From: an uncultured Candidatus Saccharibacteria bacterium
GTDB taxonomy: Bacteria; Patescibacteriota; Minisyncoccia; Phycocordibacterales; SBAW01
Direction of reading: 5' to 3'
NCBI GenBank assembly: GCA_964355655.1
Contig: CAYHDT010000002.1
Span: 15,598 to 79,597 of the forward strand
DNA length: 64,000 nt
This document shows positions 55,349-64,000 of this stretch, piece after piece; within the stretch, counting starts at the first letter, position 1; each line of letters starts with the position of its first letter. Made by a program: the position numbers and the translations under genes. The notes under the pieces are model-generated. The model was not told where the DNA came from, did not search any database, and saw only the letters and a list, made by a program, of their open reading frames with translations.

Positions 55349-56767
55349 ATGTTGCCTATGAAATTTCAGCCTAAAGCACCTAAAGGGGCCATTACTATCG
55401 AGGTTATCAGCGGCTCCACCGCGCGCTTCGATGGCAAGGTACTGTCTATCCCTTGCAAAGATAAAAATCAAACAAATAGGCGCAAGTTTGTCATAGTTAT
55501 GCGCAAAATCGTGACTACCGCCAAACAGCACAAGCTCAGCTCTGTTGCGATAAACTACGCTGAAATCAGGTCGCTGGCGCCTAAGGATATGCCTGACTAC
55601 GAAGTAGGGCGTGTCGCCGGCACCGCTTTTGCCATGGCGGACTACGAGCACAACACCTACAAAACCAAACCGAAGGAAGGTTGGAGCAATGTGGAAGTCA
55701 TTGCGATTCTTAAAACTCCCGAAGCAGGACAAGAGGGTTTTGCTGATGGCCTGATTATCGCAGGCGAAATTAACGCTACCCGCGAGCTTTCCAACACGCC
55801 GGGCGGGGACATGACGCCGAAACTTTTAGCCGCCGCGGCAAAAAAAGCAGTCAAAGGGACAAATAGTAAAGTAAAAGTTTTAGGGCTTAAAGAAATGACT
55901 AAGCTCGGTATGGGCGCCGTAGTCGGCGTAGGCAAAGGTGCGCAAGATGAGCCGCAATTTATCGTTATGGAATATTGGGGCGCCGGAAAACCCCGCGGAG
56001 GACAGTTCTCCGCAACTGGGGATAAGTCAAAAAAACCGGTGGTGCTGGTAGGCAAAGGAGTCACTTTTGATACCGGCGGACTCAACATCAAGACCAACCA
56101 TATGTATGAGATGCATATGGATATGTCGGGTGGCGCCGCGGTTATACACTCGGTTGCGCTGGCGGCAAAACTCAAACTAAAGGTAAACGTGGTAGGGCTT
56201 ATACCCGCGGTAGAAAACGCGGCCGGCCCGCAGTCTATGCGTCCGGGCGATATATTAAAATCGCTCTCGGGCAAGACAATCGAAATATTGGACACCGACG
56301 CTGAAGGCCGTGTCATTTTGGCTGACGCCATTACCTACGCCAAGCGCTACAATCCGGCAGTCGTCGCCGATGCGGCAACTCTTACCGGCGCGGCACTGAC
56401 CTGCTTTGGCGAGCACGCTAACGCGTTTATGACCAACCGGGACGAAATGATTATGGATTTCTTTAATCTCGCCGAAGAAAGCGGCGATTATATGTGGCCG
56501 ATGCCGCTGTGGAAAGAGTACGACTATATGGTAAAAGGGCGTTTTGGCGACGTCCCCAATATCCCCGCCACGGGCAACACCCGGTACGCGGGCGTTATTG
56601 GCGGAGGCAAATTTCTTGAAGTTTTTGCCAAAGAGCTGAATTGCCCGTGGATACACATTGACATGGCGCCAAAAATGACCGCCGCTCTGGACGAGTACTT
56701 GGCTAAAGGCGCCGCGGGCTCGCCGGTGCGCTTCTTTCTCGCGTTGATGGAAAAATATGCTGATTGA
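55349..56767 (+). CDS. pepA: Leucyl aminopeptidase (M17 family)
   Basis: NTDAEGRVILADAITYA M17 signature and VGKGVTFDTGG. The start is ambiguous among ATG 55328, 55349 and 55358, with an upstream TTG. Confidence 0.85.
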   Translation: MLPMKFQPKAPKGAITIEVISGSTARFDGKVLSIPCKDKNQTNRRKFVIVMRKIVTTAKQHKLSSVAINYAEIRSLAPKDMPDYEVGRVAGTAFAMADYEHNTYKTKPKEGWSNVEVIAILKTPEAGQEGFADGLIIAGEINATRELSNTPGGDMTPKLLAAAAKKAVKGTNSKVKVLGLKEMTKLGMGAVVGVGKGAQDEPQFIVMEYWGAGKPRGGQFSATGDKSKKPVVLVGKGVTFDTGGLNIKTNHMYEMHMDMSGGAAVIHSVALAAKLKLKVNVVGLIPAVENAAGPQSMRPGDILKSLSGKTIEILDTDAEGRVILADAITYAKRYNPAVVADAATLTGAALTCFGEHANAFMTNRDEMIMDFFNLAEESGDYMWPMPLWKEYDYMVKGRFGDVPNIPATGNTRYAGVIGGGKFLEVFAKELNCPWIHIDMAPKMTAALDEYLAKGAAGSPVRFFLALMEKYAD

Positions 56768-57488
56768 AGAAAAACTGAGCGTCAAAACACCCGTCTACGA
56801 AGGACCACTGGAGGTTCTTTTGGAACTTATCGAAAAAAGAAAACTGCTTATTAACGACATATCGCTCTCTTCGGTAACCGACGAATATATCGCTCGCGTC
56901 AACGCGCTTACCGAACTTCCGGTAGGGGAGACCGCGGAGTTTATCGCTCTGGCGGCCACGCTCCTTTTAATAAAGTCCCGCTCGCTTTTGCCGAATCTCG
57001 AAATTAGCGATGATGAGTCCCGCGATATCAAAGAGCTGGAGTACCGTCTGGCGCTCTACCAAATTATCAAAGAAGCTTCTGTAAATCTTGGAAGGAGCGC
57101 GGAAGTCTACTTGTACGAAGGCGCGCCGCGCGAGATGGAGGCGCTTTATATACCGGACCCTTCTGCCACGCCGGCGAGCCTGCGGGCGGCGGCGCAGACT
57201 CTTATAGACGGCTTTCCGTCGATGCCGGCGCTGCCGAAAGTCGAGGTCAAAAAAATAATGTCTCTTGAGGAGATGATAAACAGTATGGCCGCGCGTATTT
57301 CGAAAGCATTTAAAATGAGCTTTAAAGAATTTGCCGGCAAAAAAGAGCGCGGCGAGATAATCATAAGTTTTTTGGCGCTTCTTGAGTTGGTGAAACAGGG
57401 TATAATTAAAGCTGAACAGGAGGCGCGCCACGGAGACATTACTCTTGAAACGAGCGCCGTATCAACACCGTCTTATGGCTCACAATGA
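56757..57488 (+). CDS. scpA: Segregation and condensation protein A
   Basis: LEVLLELIEKRKLLINDISLSSVTDEYI is a ScpA N-terminus. Overlaps the pepA stop. Confidence 0.85.
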   Translation: MLIEEKLSVKTPVYEGPLEVLLELIEKRKLLINDISLSSVTDEYIARVNALTELPVGETAEFIALAATLLLIKSRSLLPNLEISDDESRDIKELEYRLALYQIIKEASVNLGRSAEVYLYEGAPREMEALYIPDPSATPASLRAAAQTLIDGFPSMPALPKVEVKKIMSLEEMINSMAARISKAFKMSFKEFAGKKERGEIIISFLALLELVKQGIIKAEQEARHGDITLETSAVSTPSYGSQ

Positions 57489-58089
57489 CCTTGCCCGAAA
57501 AATCGAAGCGCTGCTTTTTGCACTAGGCCGCCCCCTTGCCCGCAAAGAGCTCTCGCGGTTGCTTGACGCGGATAGAGGCGACATTTCGGCGGCGCTGACC
57601 GAACTTCAAAACACCCTGCAGGGAGGGGTGGTGCTGGTCGATGACGGCGATGAAGTTGAGTTGCGCGTGGGAGCCGAAAGCGCCGCGCTTATAGAAAAGG
57701 TGCGCAAAGATGAATATTCCCGCGATATCGGCAAAGCCGGCCTTGAGGCCCTGTCGGCAGTGTTGTATCGCGGCCCGCTGACCCGCAGCGAGATAGACTT
57801 CATACGCGGAGTTAACTCTTCGCAAACCCTGCGCACGCTTACACTGCGTGGGCTGATCCGCAAAGTAGAAAATGATGCAGGACGAACTCTGTCCGACTCG
57901 GCTCGACCGGCAGGCGGGGGCAGACGCGGCTCCTTTTTGTATGAACCCACGACCGAATTACTTGCAGAACTCGGCGTCTCCCGCATGCAGGATCTGCCCG
58001 ATTACGCGGACGTACGCCAAAAATTGCAAACGCTTGAAGAATCTTATCGGGTGTCCGGCCAAGAGCAAAAACAGTCCGAACAATCATGA
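57475..58089 (+). CDS. scpB: Segregation and condensation protein B
   Basis: IEALLFALGRPLARKELSRLL winged-helix ScpB motif. Overlaps scpA by 14 nt. Confidence 0.85.
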   Translation: MAHNDLARKIEALLFALGRPLARKELSRLLDADRGDISAALTELQNTLQGGVVLVDDGDEVELRVGAESAALIEKVRKDEYSRDIGKAGLEALSAVLYRGPLTRSEIDFIRGVNSSQTLRTLTLRGLIRKVENDAGRTLSDSARPAGGGRRGSFLYEPTTELLAELGVSRMQDLPDYADVRQKLQTLEESYRVSGQEQKQSEQS

Positions 58090-58991
58090 GCGATTTTTAT
58101 AAAAAAATAAATATGGGCATTGCGGCCGCGGCAATCACACTTTGCGCATTCGGCGCGGGAGTATACGGCGCGGTCAAAATCAATCCAAGCAGCTTAAGTG
58201 CCGCAGCCGCGGAGTCGCAAATGCGGTTGCCGGCAGTAGCGCTTGAAGACAGAGCGCTTGTGGCGAAGTCGGCCGTACTTTATGACCTCGGCACCAACCG
58301 CGTCTTGTATCAAAAAAATGCCTACGAGCAGCTGCCGCTGGCGTCGCTTACCAAGCTTATGGCGGTCGAGGTCGTGCTCTCCGTCAAATCACCCGATACT
58401 CCGGTCCAGATTACGCGCGACAATCTGCGGCCCGACGGCGACTCCGGTTTTAGGGTCGGGGAGACCGTGATGCTCGGCGATCTCATTAAATTCGCGTTGG
58501 TTGCCTCGAGCAACGATGCCATGGAAGCCGCGGCGGCGAGCCTCGGCGATGGCTCTATAGATAAAATGAACGCCGCGGCCGCCGCGATGGGCTTAACCCA
58601 AACACATTTTTTTAATGCCACCGGACTCGATGTCACGGATTCCGCCTCAGGCGCGTACGGTTCGGCCTACGATGTGGCCCGGCTTGCGGCTCTCTTTTAT
58701 CACGACCATCCGGATTACTTCGAGCTTACAACCCGGCCCGATATATCTATCGTCCAAAATGGCGAAGACCTTACAGCCGAGGCTACCGCGCTGCCATTAC
58801 AAACAATGCCCGGATTTGTGGCGGCTAAGACAGGATACACTGACCTTGCGGGCGGCAATCTGGTGGCGGTATTTGACCTGCAACCTGGACTGACGGTTAT
58901 AGCGGTTGCTATAGGCTCAACGCGCGAAGGGCGTTTTAGCGATGTTATAAAACTGATAGAAACCGCGCGCGCATCGCTGGCAAAACAATGA
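58086..58991 (+). CDS. dacA: D-alanyl-D-alanine carboxypeptidase (S11, PBP5-like)
   Basis: SLTK (SxxK) active site and a SNDAMEAAA (SxN-like) motif. N-terminal signal/TM segment. Confidence 0.75.
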   Translation: MSDFYKKINMGIAAAAITLCAFGAGVYGAVKINPSSLSAAAAESQMRLPAVALEDRALVAKSAVLYDLGTNRVLYQKNAYEQLPLASLTKLMAVEVVLSVKSPDTPVQITRDNLRPDGDSGFRVGETVMLGDLIKFALVASSNDAMEAAAASLGDGSIDKMNAAAAAMGLTQTHFFNATGLDVTDSASGAYGSAYDVARLAALFYHDHPDYFELTTRPDISIVQNGEDLTAEATALPLQTMPGFVAAKTGYTDLAGGNLVAVFDLQPGLTVIAVAIGSTREGRFSDVIKLIETARASLAKQ

Positions 58992-60040
58992 CTATAGACG
59001 TACTGCGCATTTTTATACCGGCGACGCTCGCGTTCCTTATCGGGATTGGTATTACACCGTTTCTGACGCACTTTCTTTATAAAAACAGGATGTGGAAGCC
59101 CAAAGCGGGGAAGACCGCCCTGGATGGTACTGAGGCAAGCGAGTTTAACCGATTGCATCAAAGCCGCGAAACCGGGACCCCGCGCTTCGGCGGGATAATA
59201 GTGTGGGCAAGCGTTCTATTAACCGCCGACCTTCTTTCGGCCCTTGCGTTTTTTTATCCCAGTGCCTTCGGCGATCTCGCTTTCATCAGCCGCAACCAAA
59301 CTTGGCTGCCGCTCGCCGCGCTCGCGATAGGCGCATTGGTCGGCTTTATCGACGACCTATTCGAGGTGGTGGGACGCCCCGGCATCAAACTGCGCGTTCG
59401 GCTGTTGGTAGTCGCCGCCGTAGCTCTATTTTGCGGATGGTGGTTCTACGACAAGCTGGATGTTACCTCGATTTCTTTTCCGTTTGTGGACGGACCGCTC
59501 CAGCTGGGGATGCTCATTATCCCTTTCTTTACGCTGGTGGCGCTCTTTATATACGCGGGCGGCGTAATAGACGGTATCGATGGACTGGCGGGCGGCATAT
59601 TCTCCTCGATTTTCGCCGCCTACGCGGGCATCGCCTTTTTCCAAAATCAAATGGACATCGCGGCGCTCGCGGCGGCTATCTCGGGAGGCCTGCTGGCCTT
59701 CTTATGGTTTAACATCCCGCCGGCGCGGTTTTACCTCTCCGAGACGGGTACTATGGCGCTGACGCTTACCCTGACGGTTATAGCTTTTTTGACAGACACC
59801 CTAGGCAATGGACACGGCGTCTCTGTACTTCCTATCATCGCGCTGCCTCTGGTCGTCACGGTACTGTCGAACATCCTGCAAATGTTCGGAAAAAAAGTGC
59901 TCGGCCGAAAAATTTTGCGCATCGCGCCGCTCCACCACCACTTCGAGGCGCTGGGGTGGCCGCCGTACAAAGTGACCATGCGCTATTGGATAGTCGGCAT
60001 AGTCGCCGCGATACTGGGGATGACCATCGCTTTGCTTTGA
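58988..60040 (+). CDS. mraY: Phospho-N-acetylmuramoyl-pentapeptide transferase
   Basis: GVIDGIDGLAGG and the HHHFE signature. 10 TM helices. Confidence 0.9.
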   Translation: MTIDVLRIFIPATLAFLIGIGITPFLTHFLYKNRMWKPKAGKTALDGTEASEFNRLHQSRETGTPRFGGIIVWASVLLTADLLSALAFFYPSAFGDLAFISRNQTWLPLAALAIGALVGFIDDLFEVVGRPGIKLRVRLLVVAAVALFCGWWFYDKLDVTSISFPFVDGPLQLGMLIIPFFTLVALFIYAGGVIDGIDGLAGGIFSSIFAAYAGIAFFQNQMDIAALAAAISGGLLAFLWFNIPPARFYLSETGTMALTLTLTVIAFLTDTLGNGHGVSVLPIIALPLVVTVLSNILQMFGKKVLGRKILRIAPLHHHFEALGWPPYKVTMRYWIVGIVAAILGMTIALL

Positions 60041-60041
60041 C

Positions 60042-61139
60042 ATGAAAAGTAAGTCCGCAGACACACCGTTCCTGCTCGTCTTTCTGGTTCTTATCGTATT
60101 TGGGCTCCTTATATTTACTTCCGCGGCACTGGGGCTGCTTGCCCGCGGCGGGGCAAGCTTTACCTCGGTGGCGGTATCGCAGCTGCTGCTCGGCTTTTTG
60201 TGCGGCGGAATCGCACTCGTCGTGCTTTCGCATATCGACTACCGGCTGTGGCGGCCTTATACGCCGTACTTCTTCGGGTTTGCGCTGCTACTAACACTGC
60301 TGACTTTCATACCCGGAATAGGGATAACACTCAAAGGCGCGGCGCGCTGGGTAAGTATGGGGCCCATCACTTTTCAACCCGCGGAATTGCTTAAATTCGC
60401 GGCAGTGGCTTTTATCGCCGGCATATACGCCTCGCGCATGCGCAGTGTAGGCACCCTGCGCGGCGGCGTGCTGCCGCTGGTGCTTATCGGCGGACTTTCA
60501 GCCGGAATTCTGCTCCTGCAGCCGGACACCGACGGTGCCGCGATTATTTTGCTCGCGTGCGCCGTAGTGCTCTTTACCGCCGGGGGGAAGGTATGGCATC
60601 TTCTTCTGCTCGGACTTATAGGGCTTTTGGCTCTTGGAGCGGTCGCGTATCAGCGTCCGTACCTCGCCGAGCGTTTTTTAACCTTTGTCAATCATTCCGC
60701 CGACCCGCAAGGCGCCGGCTGGCAGATACATCAGTCGCTCATTGCGGTCGGCTCCGGCCAGTGGTCGGGGAAAGGTTTCGGGCAAAGCATCGAAAAGTTT
60801 TCCTATCTACCGGAACCTATCGGCGACTCCATATTCGCCGTAGCAGCCGAAGAATTTGGTTTTGTGGGTTCTGTGGCGCTCGTCTTGCTATATGCCGGCG
60901 TGGCGCTCCTTGGGTTGCGCATCGCGGCGCGCGCGCCGGACCCTTTTGGCGGCCTGCTGGTAGTAGGGCTTATAACCGTAATCATCGGACAGTCGTTTAT
61001 GAACATAGCCTCGACCTTGGGGCTTATCCCTCTTTCGGGGCTGCCGCTTATATTTGTATCGCACGGCGGCACGTCGCTGGCGATAGCGCTCGCCGAAGTG
61101 GGCGTTATACTGAGCGTATCCAAGCGGATGCGAAATTAA
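60042..61139 (+). CDS. ftsW: SEDS-family peptidoglycan glycosyltransferase (FtsW/RodA)
   Basis: Polytopic. The C-terminal motif LPLIFVSHGGTSLAIALAEVGVIL is typical of SEDS proteins. Confidence 0.85.
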   Translation: MKSKSADTPFLLVFLVLIVFGLLIFTSAALGLLARGGASFTSVAVSQLLLGFLCGGIALVVLSHIDYRLWRPYTPYFFGFALLLTLLTFIPGIGITLKGAARWVSMGPITFQPAELLKFAAVAFIAGIYASRMRSVGTLRGGVLPLVLIGGLSAGILLLQPDTDGAAIILLACAVVLFTAGGKVWHLLLLGLIGLLALGAVAYQRPYLAERFLTFVNHSADPQGAGWQIHQSLIAVGSGQWSGKGFGQSIEKFSYLPEPIGDSIFAVAAEEFGFVGSVALVLLYAGVALLGLRIAARAPDPFGGLLVVGLITVIIGQSFMNIASTLGLIPLSGLPLIFVSHGGTSLAIALAEVGVILSVSKRMRN

Positions 61140-61143
61140 AGAT

Positions 61144-62271
61144 ATGAAAATACTTTTTACCGGCGGGGGGTCAGGCGGGCATTTTTATCCCATCATAGCG
61201 GTCGCCGAGGCTATCAACGACCTTACCCGCGAGCGCAAACTTTTGGAGCCTGAATTAATTTACGCCGCGCCGGACCCGTACGACCGCGAGATGCTTATCG
61301 CCAACGGGATACGCTTTGTGCCGACCTCGGCGGGCAAAATCCGGCGCTATTTTTCTGTGCTCAACTTTTTTGACTTCTTTAAGACCGGGTGGGGGATTCT
61401 GCGCAGTGTGCTGCGGATTTTCTTTCTTTATCCGGATATCGTCTTCGGCAAAGGCGGCTACGCGTCTTTCCCCACACTGCTCGCGGCCAAGCTTTTTAAA
61501 ATTCCGGTCATCATACACGAATCCGACGCAGAGCCCGGACGGGTCAACAAATGGGCGGGAAAATTCGCGGCCAAGATAGCGGTGTCATTCCCCGAGGCGG
61601 CGCATCATTTCCCGAAAGAAAAGGTTGCGTTTACCGGCAATCCTATACGCAAAGCGGTACTGGTGCCGGCCCGCGAAGGCGCGTTCGAATTTCTGAAGCT
61701 CAATAAAGAATTGCCGGTCATATATGTTACCGGCGGCTCGCAAGGCGCCCAGGCGCTTAACGAAGGACTACTTGCGGCGCTTCCGCAGCTCCTTAATAAA
61801 TATCAAATCATCCACCAGACGGGGGACGATAATCTTACAGACATTATCGGGCGCGCCAAGGTCATCTTGGGCGACTCCCCGAACGCCGAACGCTACAAGC
61901 CGGTTGGCTACCTTAACGACCTCGCCACGCGGATGGCCGCCGGCGCGGCAAGCCTTGTTATCTCGCGCGCGGGATCGACTATTTTTGAAATAGCCTCATG
62001 GGGAGTGCCGTCGATACTTATTCCGCTTCCGACCGCGGCCGAAGACCATCAAACCAAAAATGCCTACGCCTACGCGCGCGCCGGCGCCTGCGCCGTAATA
62101 GAGCAGAGCAATCTTACCCCGGGCCTGCTGGTCTCCGAGGTAAACCGGATATTGGACCACGAGCCCCTCAAACACGCGATGAGCAACGCGGCACGCGCGT
62201 TCTCGCGCGTGGACGGGGCGCGGCTCATCGCCGCCGCGCTGCTTGACATCGCTATCTCCCACGAGCAATAA
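61144..62271 (+). CDS. murG: Undecaprenyldiphospho-muramoylpentapeptide beta-N-acetylglucosaminyltransferase
   Basis: FTGGGSGGHFYPIIAVAEAI and the C-terminal GT-B domain GSQGAQALNE. Confidence 0.9.
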   Translation: MKILFTGGGSGGHFYPIIAVAEAINDLTRERKLLEPELIYAAPDPYDREMLIANGIRFVPTSAGKIRRYFSVLNFFDFFKTGWGILRSVLRIFFLYPDIVFGKGGYASFPTLLAAKLFKIPVIIHESDAEPGRVNKWAGKFAAKIAVSFPEAAHHFPKEKVAFTGNPIRKAVLVPAREGAFEFLKLNKELPVIYVTGGSQGAQALNEGLLAALPQLLNKYQIIHQTGDDNLTDIIGRAKVILGDSPNAERYKPVGYLNDLATRMAAGAASLVISRAGSTIFEIASWGVPSILIPLPTAAEDHQTKNAYAYARAGACAVIEQSNLTPGLLVSEVNRILDHEPLKHAMSNAARAFSRVDGARLIAAALLDIAISHEQ

Positions 62272-62299
62272 CAAGGGTTTTTTGGTACACTGCCCGAAT

Positions 62300-63604
62300 A
62301 TGGCCGACAAAGTAATTACGCGGTTTCCGCCCAGCCCTACGGGCCACTTGCACATCGGAGGGGTACGGACGGCGCTTTTTAACTACTTGTTTGCCGCGCA
62401 TAACGAAGGGCAGATGCTTTTGCGCTTTGAGGACACGGATAGGGAGCGCAGCAAACCGGAATTTGAAAAGGATATTGTAGACGGGCTCGCGTGGCTTGGC
62501 ATCCCGTATATGCTGGCCGAAAACCCGCGGCAGTCTGAGCGCCTGGAAATTTATCAACCGTACGTCGCCAGACTTATAACCGAGGGTCACGCGTACGAAG
62601 CGGAGGAATCCGAAAACACTCCCGGAAAAAAGGTCGTCCGGTTTAAAAATCCAAATAAAGCCGTCACCTTCCACGACGCGGTGCGGGGAGCGGTTACGTT
62701 TGATACGACCGAGCTTGGCGACTTTGTCATTGCGCGCACTATCGACGAACCACTTTACCATTTGGCGGTAGTTATCGACGACCATGATATGCGGGTAACG
62801 CACGTCATCCGCGGGGAGGACCATCTCTCAAATACCCAGCGGCAAATCCTGATAATCGAAGCATTGGGATTTATGCTCCCAGAGTACGCGCATATTCCTC
62901 TTATACTCGCGCTCGATAAAACAAAACTCTCCAAGCGCCACGGAGCGGTGTCGGTCAATGAATACCGGGCGCAAGGGTTTATCCCCGAAGCTTTTTTAAA
63001 TTATCTGGCGCTTTTAGGTTGGAATCCCGGCGGAGAAAAAGAAGTGTATTCACTTGAAGAGTTGGTGAGAGAGTTTACCCTCGACCGCGTGCACAAAGCC
63101 GGCGCGGTCTTTGATATCGAAAAGTTGAAATGGTTTAACCACGAGCATCTTAAAAAACTTTCCGACACCGAGTATGCCGCGCGATTGAAAGAATTTTCCG
63201 AGAAAGACGCTGATGCGCGGCTGGTGCCACTGCTTAAAGAACGCGCGCAGACGCTTAAGGAGGCCGCAACTATACTCGAGGGCGAGTTAGATTTTTTTGG
63301 GAGCATCTCGTACGAGCCCGCGCTGCTCCTGCAGGGCGGAAAGATTACGGCCGAGATTGCGTCAAATCATTTGAAGACGCTCTCCGAGATGCTGCAGCAT
63401 ATTCCCGATGAAGGATTTACCGCCGCACAACTTAAAAGCATCGTATGGCCGTACGCCACCGCGCAGGGCAGGGGAGACGTGCTTTGGCCGTTGCGCGTCG
63501 CGCTCTGCGGCAAAGAAAAGTCTCCTGACCCCTTCACGCTCTGTGAGCTTTTGGGCAAGGCCCGGACGCTCGAACGCATTGCTCAAGCGGTCAAAAACCT
63601 TTAA
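62300..63604 (+). CDS. gltX: Glutamyl-tRNA synthetase
   Basis: TRFPPSPTGHLHIGG (HIGH) and KLSKRHG (KMSKS). Start taken at ATG 62300, after the murG stop. Confidence 0.9.
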   Translation: MADKVITRFPPSPTGHLHIGGVRTALFNYLFAAHNEGQMLLRFEDTDRERSKPEFEKDIVDGLAWLGIPYMLAENPRQSERLEIYQPYVARLITEGHAYEAEESENTPGKKVVRFKNPNKAVTFHDAVRGAVTFDTTELGDFVIARTIDEPLYHLAVVIDDHDMRVTHVIRGEDHLSNTQRQILIIEALGFMLPEYAHIPLILALDKTKLSKRHGAVSVNEYRAQGFIPEAFLNYLALLGWNPGGEKEVYSLEELVREFTLDRVHKAGAVFDIEKLKWFNHEHLKKLSDTEYAARLKEFSEKDADARLVPLLKERAQTLKEAATILEGELDFFGSISYEPALLLQGGKITAEIASNHLKTLSEMLQHIPDEGFTAAQLKSIVWPYATAQGRGDVLWPLRVALCGKEKSPDPFTLCELLGKARTLERIAQAVKNL

Positions 63605-63614
63605 AATAAAGGGG

Positions 63615-64000
63615 ATGCACTTTCCCGTACGCGTGTTGGTATTGCTTTTGGCGGGTTTTTTGGCCGTGGGCGGAGGGCCGTTCGCCGCGGCGCAAACTCC
63701 CGATACGGCCGAGGAAACTTCGGCGCAAAAAGCCATACGGGAGGCCAACGAGGCGGCAGCGGCTGCGCGCGCCGCGGCTGAAGCTGCCGCGCAAGCGCAG
63801 ATAGACGCTACCAATGCCGAAATACAGCGGCTTAAAGATGAGATAGCCGCTCTGCAGCAAAACTTGAACTTAACCACCGCGCAAAAACAAACCTTGCAGA
63901 CGACTATCAAGGCGCTGGACCTCCAGATTCAAAAACTCCAAAAAAACGTCTCACTTACCACTACGCAGATAAGCCAAAAAGACAAAGAAATAGTTGTCAT
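63615..64000 (+). CDS. Secreted coiled-coil protein, 3'-truncated at the window edge (possibly an EnvC/M23-activator-like N-terminus)
   Basis: Signal peptide MHFPVRVLVLLLAGFLAVGGGPFAAAQ followed by Ala/Gln-rich coiled coil. No stop within the window. Confidence 0.5.
   Translation, partial: MHFPVRVLVLLLAGFLAVGGGPFAAAQTPDTAEETSAQKAIREANEAAAAARAAAEAAAQAQIDATNAEIQRLKDEIAALQQNLNLTTAQKQTLQTTIKALDLQIQKLQKNVSLTTTQISQKDKEIVV

Overview
This 64 kb window is roughly 55% GC and carries several hallmarks of a Candidate Phyla Radiation (Patescibacteria)-like bacterium: DUF5671-type membrane proteins, a stand-alone sigma-70 region-4 protein, a short AlaRS lacking the C-Ala domain, and a reduced dcw cluster (dac-mraY-ftsW-murG) next to scpAB. 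Lineage assignment is inference only.

Most genes are housekeeping and sit on the + strand:
- ychF (5'-truncated at the window edge), leuS (carrying an inserted Nudix domain), mltG, mnmA, gmk, ung, pepO, alaS.
- A ribosomal/alpha operon infA-rpmJ-rpsM-rpsK-rpsD-rpoA-rplQ, followed by rplM-rpsI.
- grpE-dnaK-(ABC exporter)-dnaJ, then trpS, an archaeal-type aspS, pepA, scpA/scpB, dac-mraY-ftsW-murG, gltX, and a 3'-truncated coiled-coil gene at the window end.

Accessory or unusual content:
1. A free-standing HNH-AP2 endonuclease gene.
2. An ATP-cone/Mrr-like restriction endonuclease fusion that overlaps the mnmA 3' end.
3. A Cas4-like PD-(D/E)XK nuclease overlapping an MGMT (ogt) gene, next to ung.
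4. A terminator-bounded three-gene block: an XRE-like HTH protein, a ~560 aa GHKL ATPase, and a Lys/Arg-rich small protein.
5. A ~9.7 kb run of hypothetical proteins (26.3-35.9 kb): a small minus-strand ORF, a 468 aa coiled-coil protein, a three-gene operon with a classical AAA+ ATPase, a membrane-protein pair, and a divergent patatin-like phospholipase.
6. A low-GC insertion at the aspS 3' end, bounded by a ~72 nt near-perfect direct repeat that regenerates the aspS C-terminus.
7. Three copies of an ~85-90 nt palindromic element with stem covariation, each lying between two ATGs and ending exactly at a gene start codon (mltG, the Cas4-like nuclease, rpmJ).
8. A 17 bp palindrome inside a ~25 nt direct repeat on both sides of dnaK.
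9. A candidate small structured RNA on the minus strand with its own intrinsic terminator.

No tRNA, rRNA or CRISPR array was recognised. All coordinates for non-ORF features are approximate to within a few nt.
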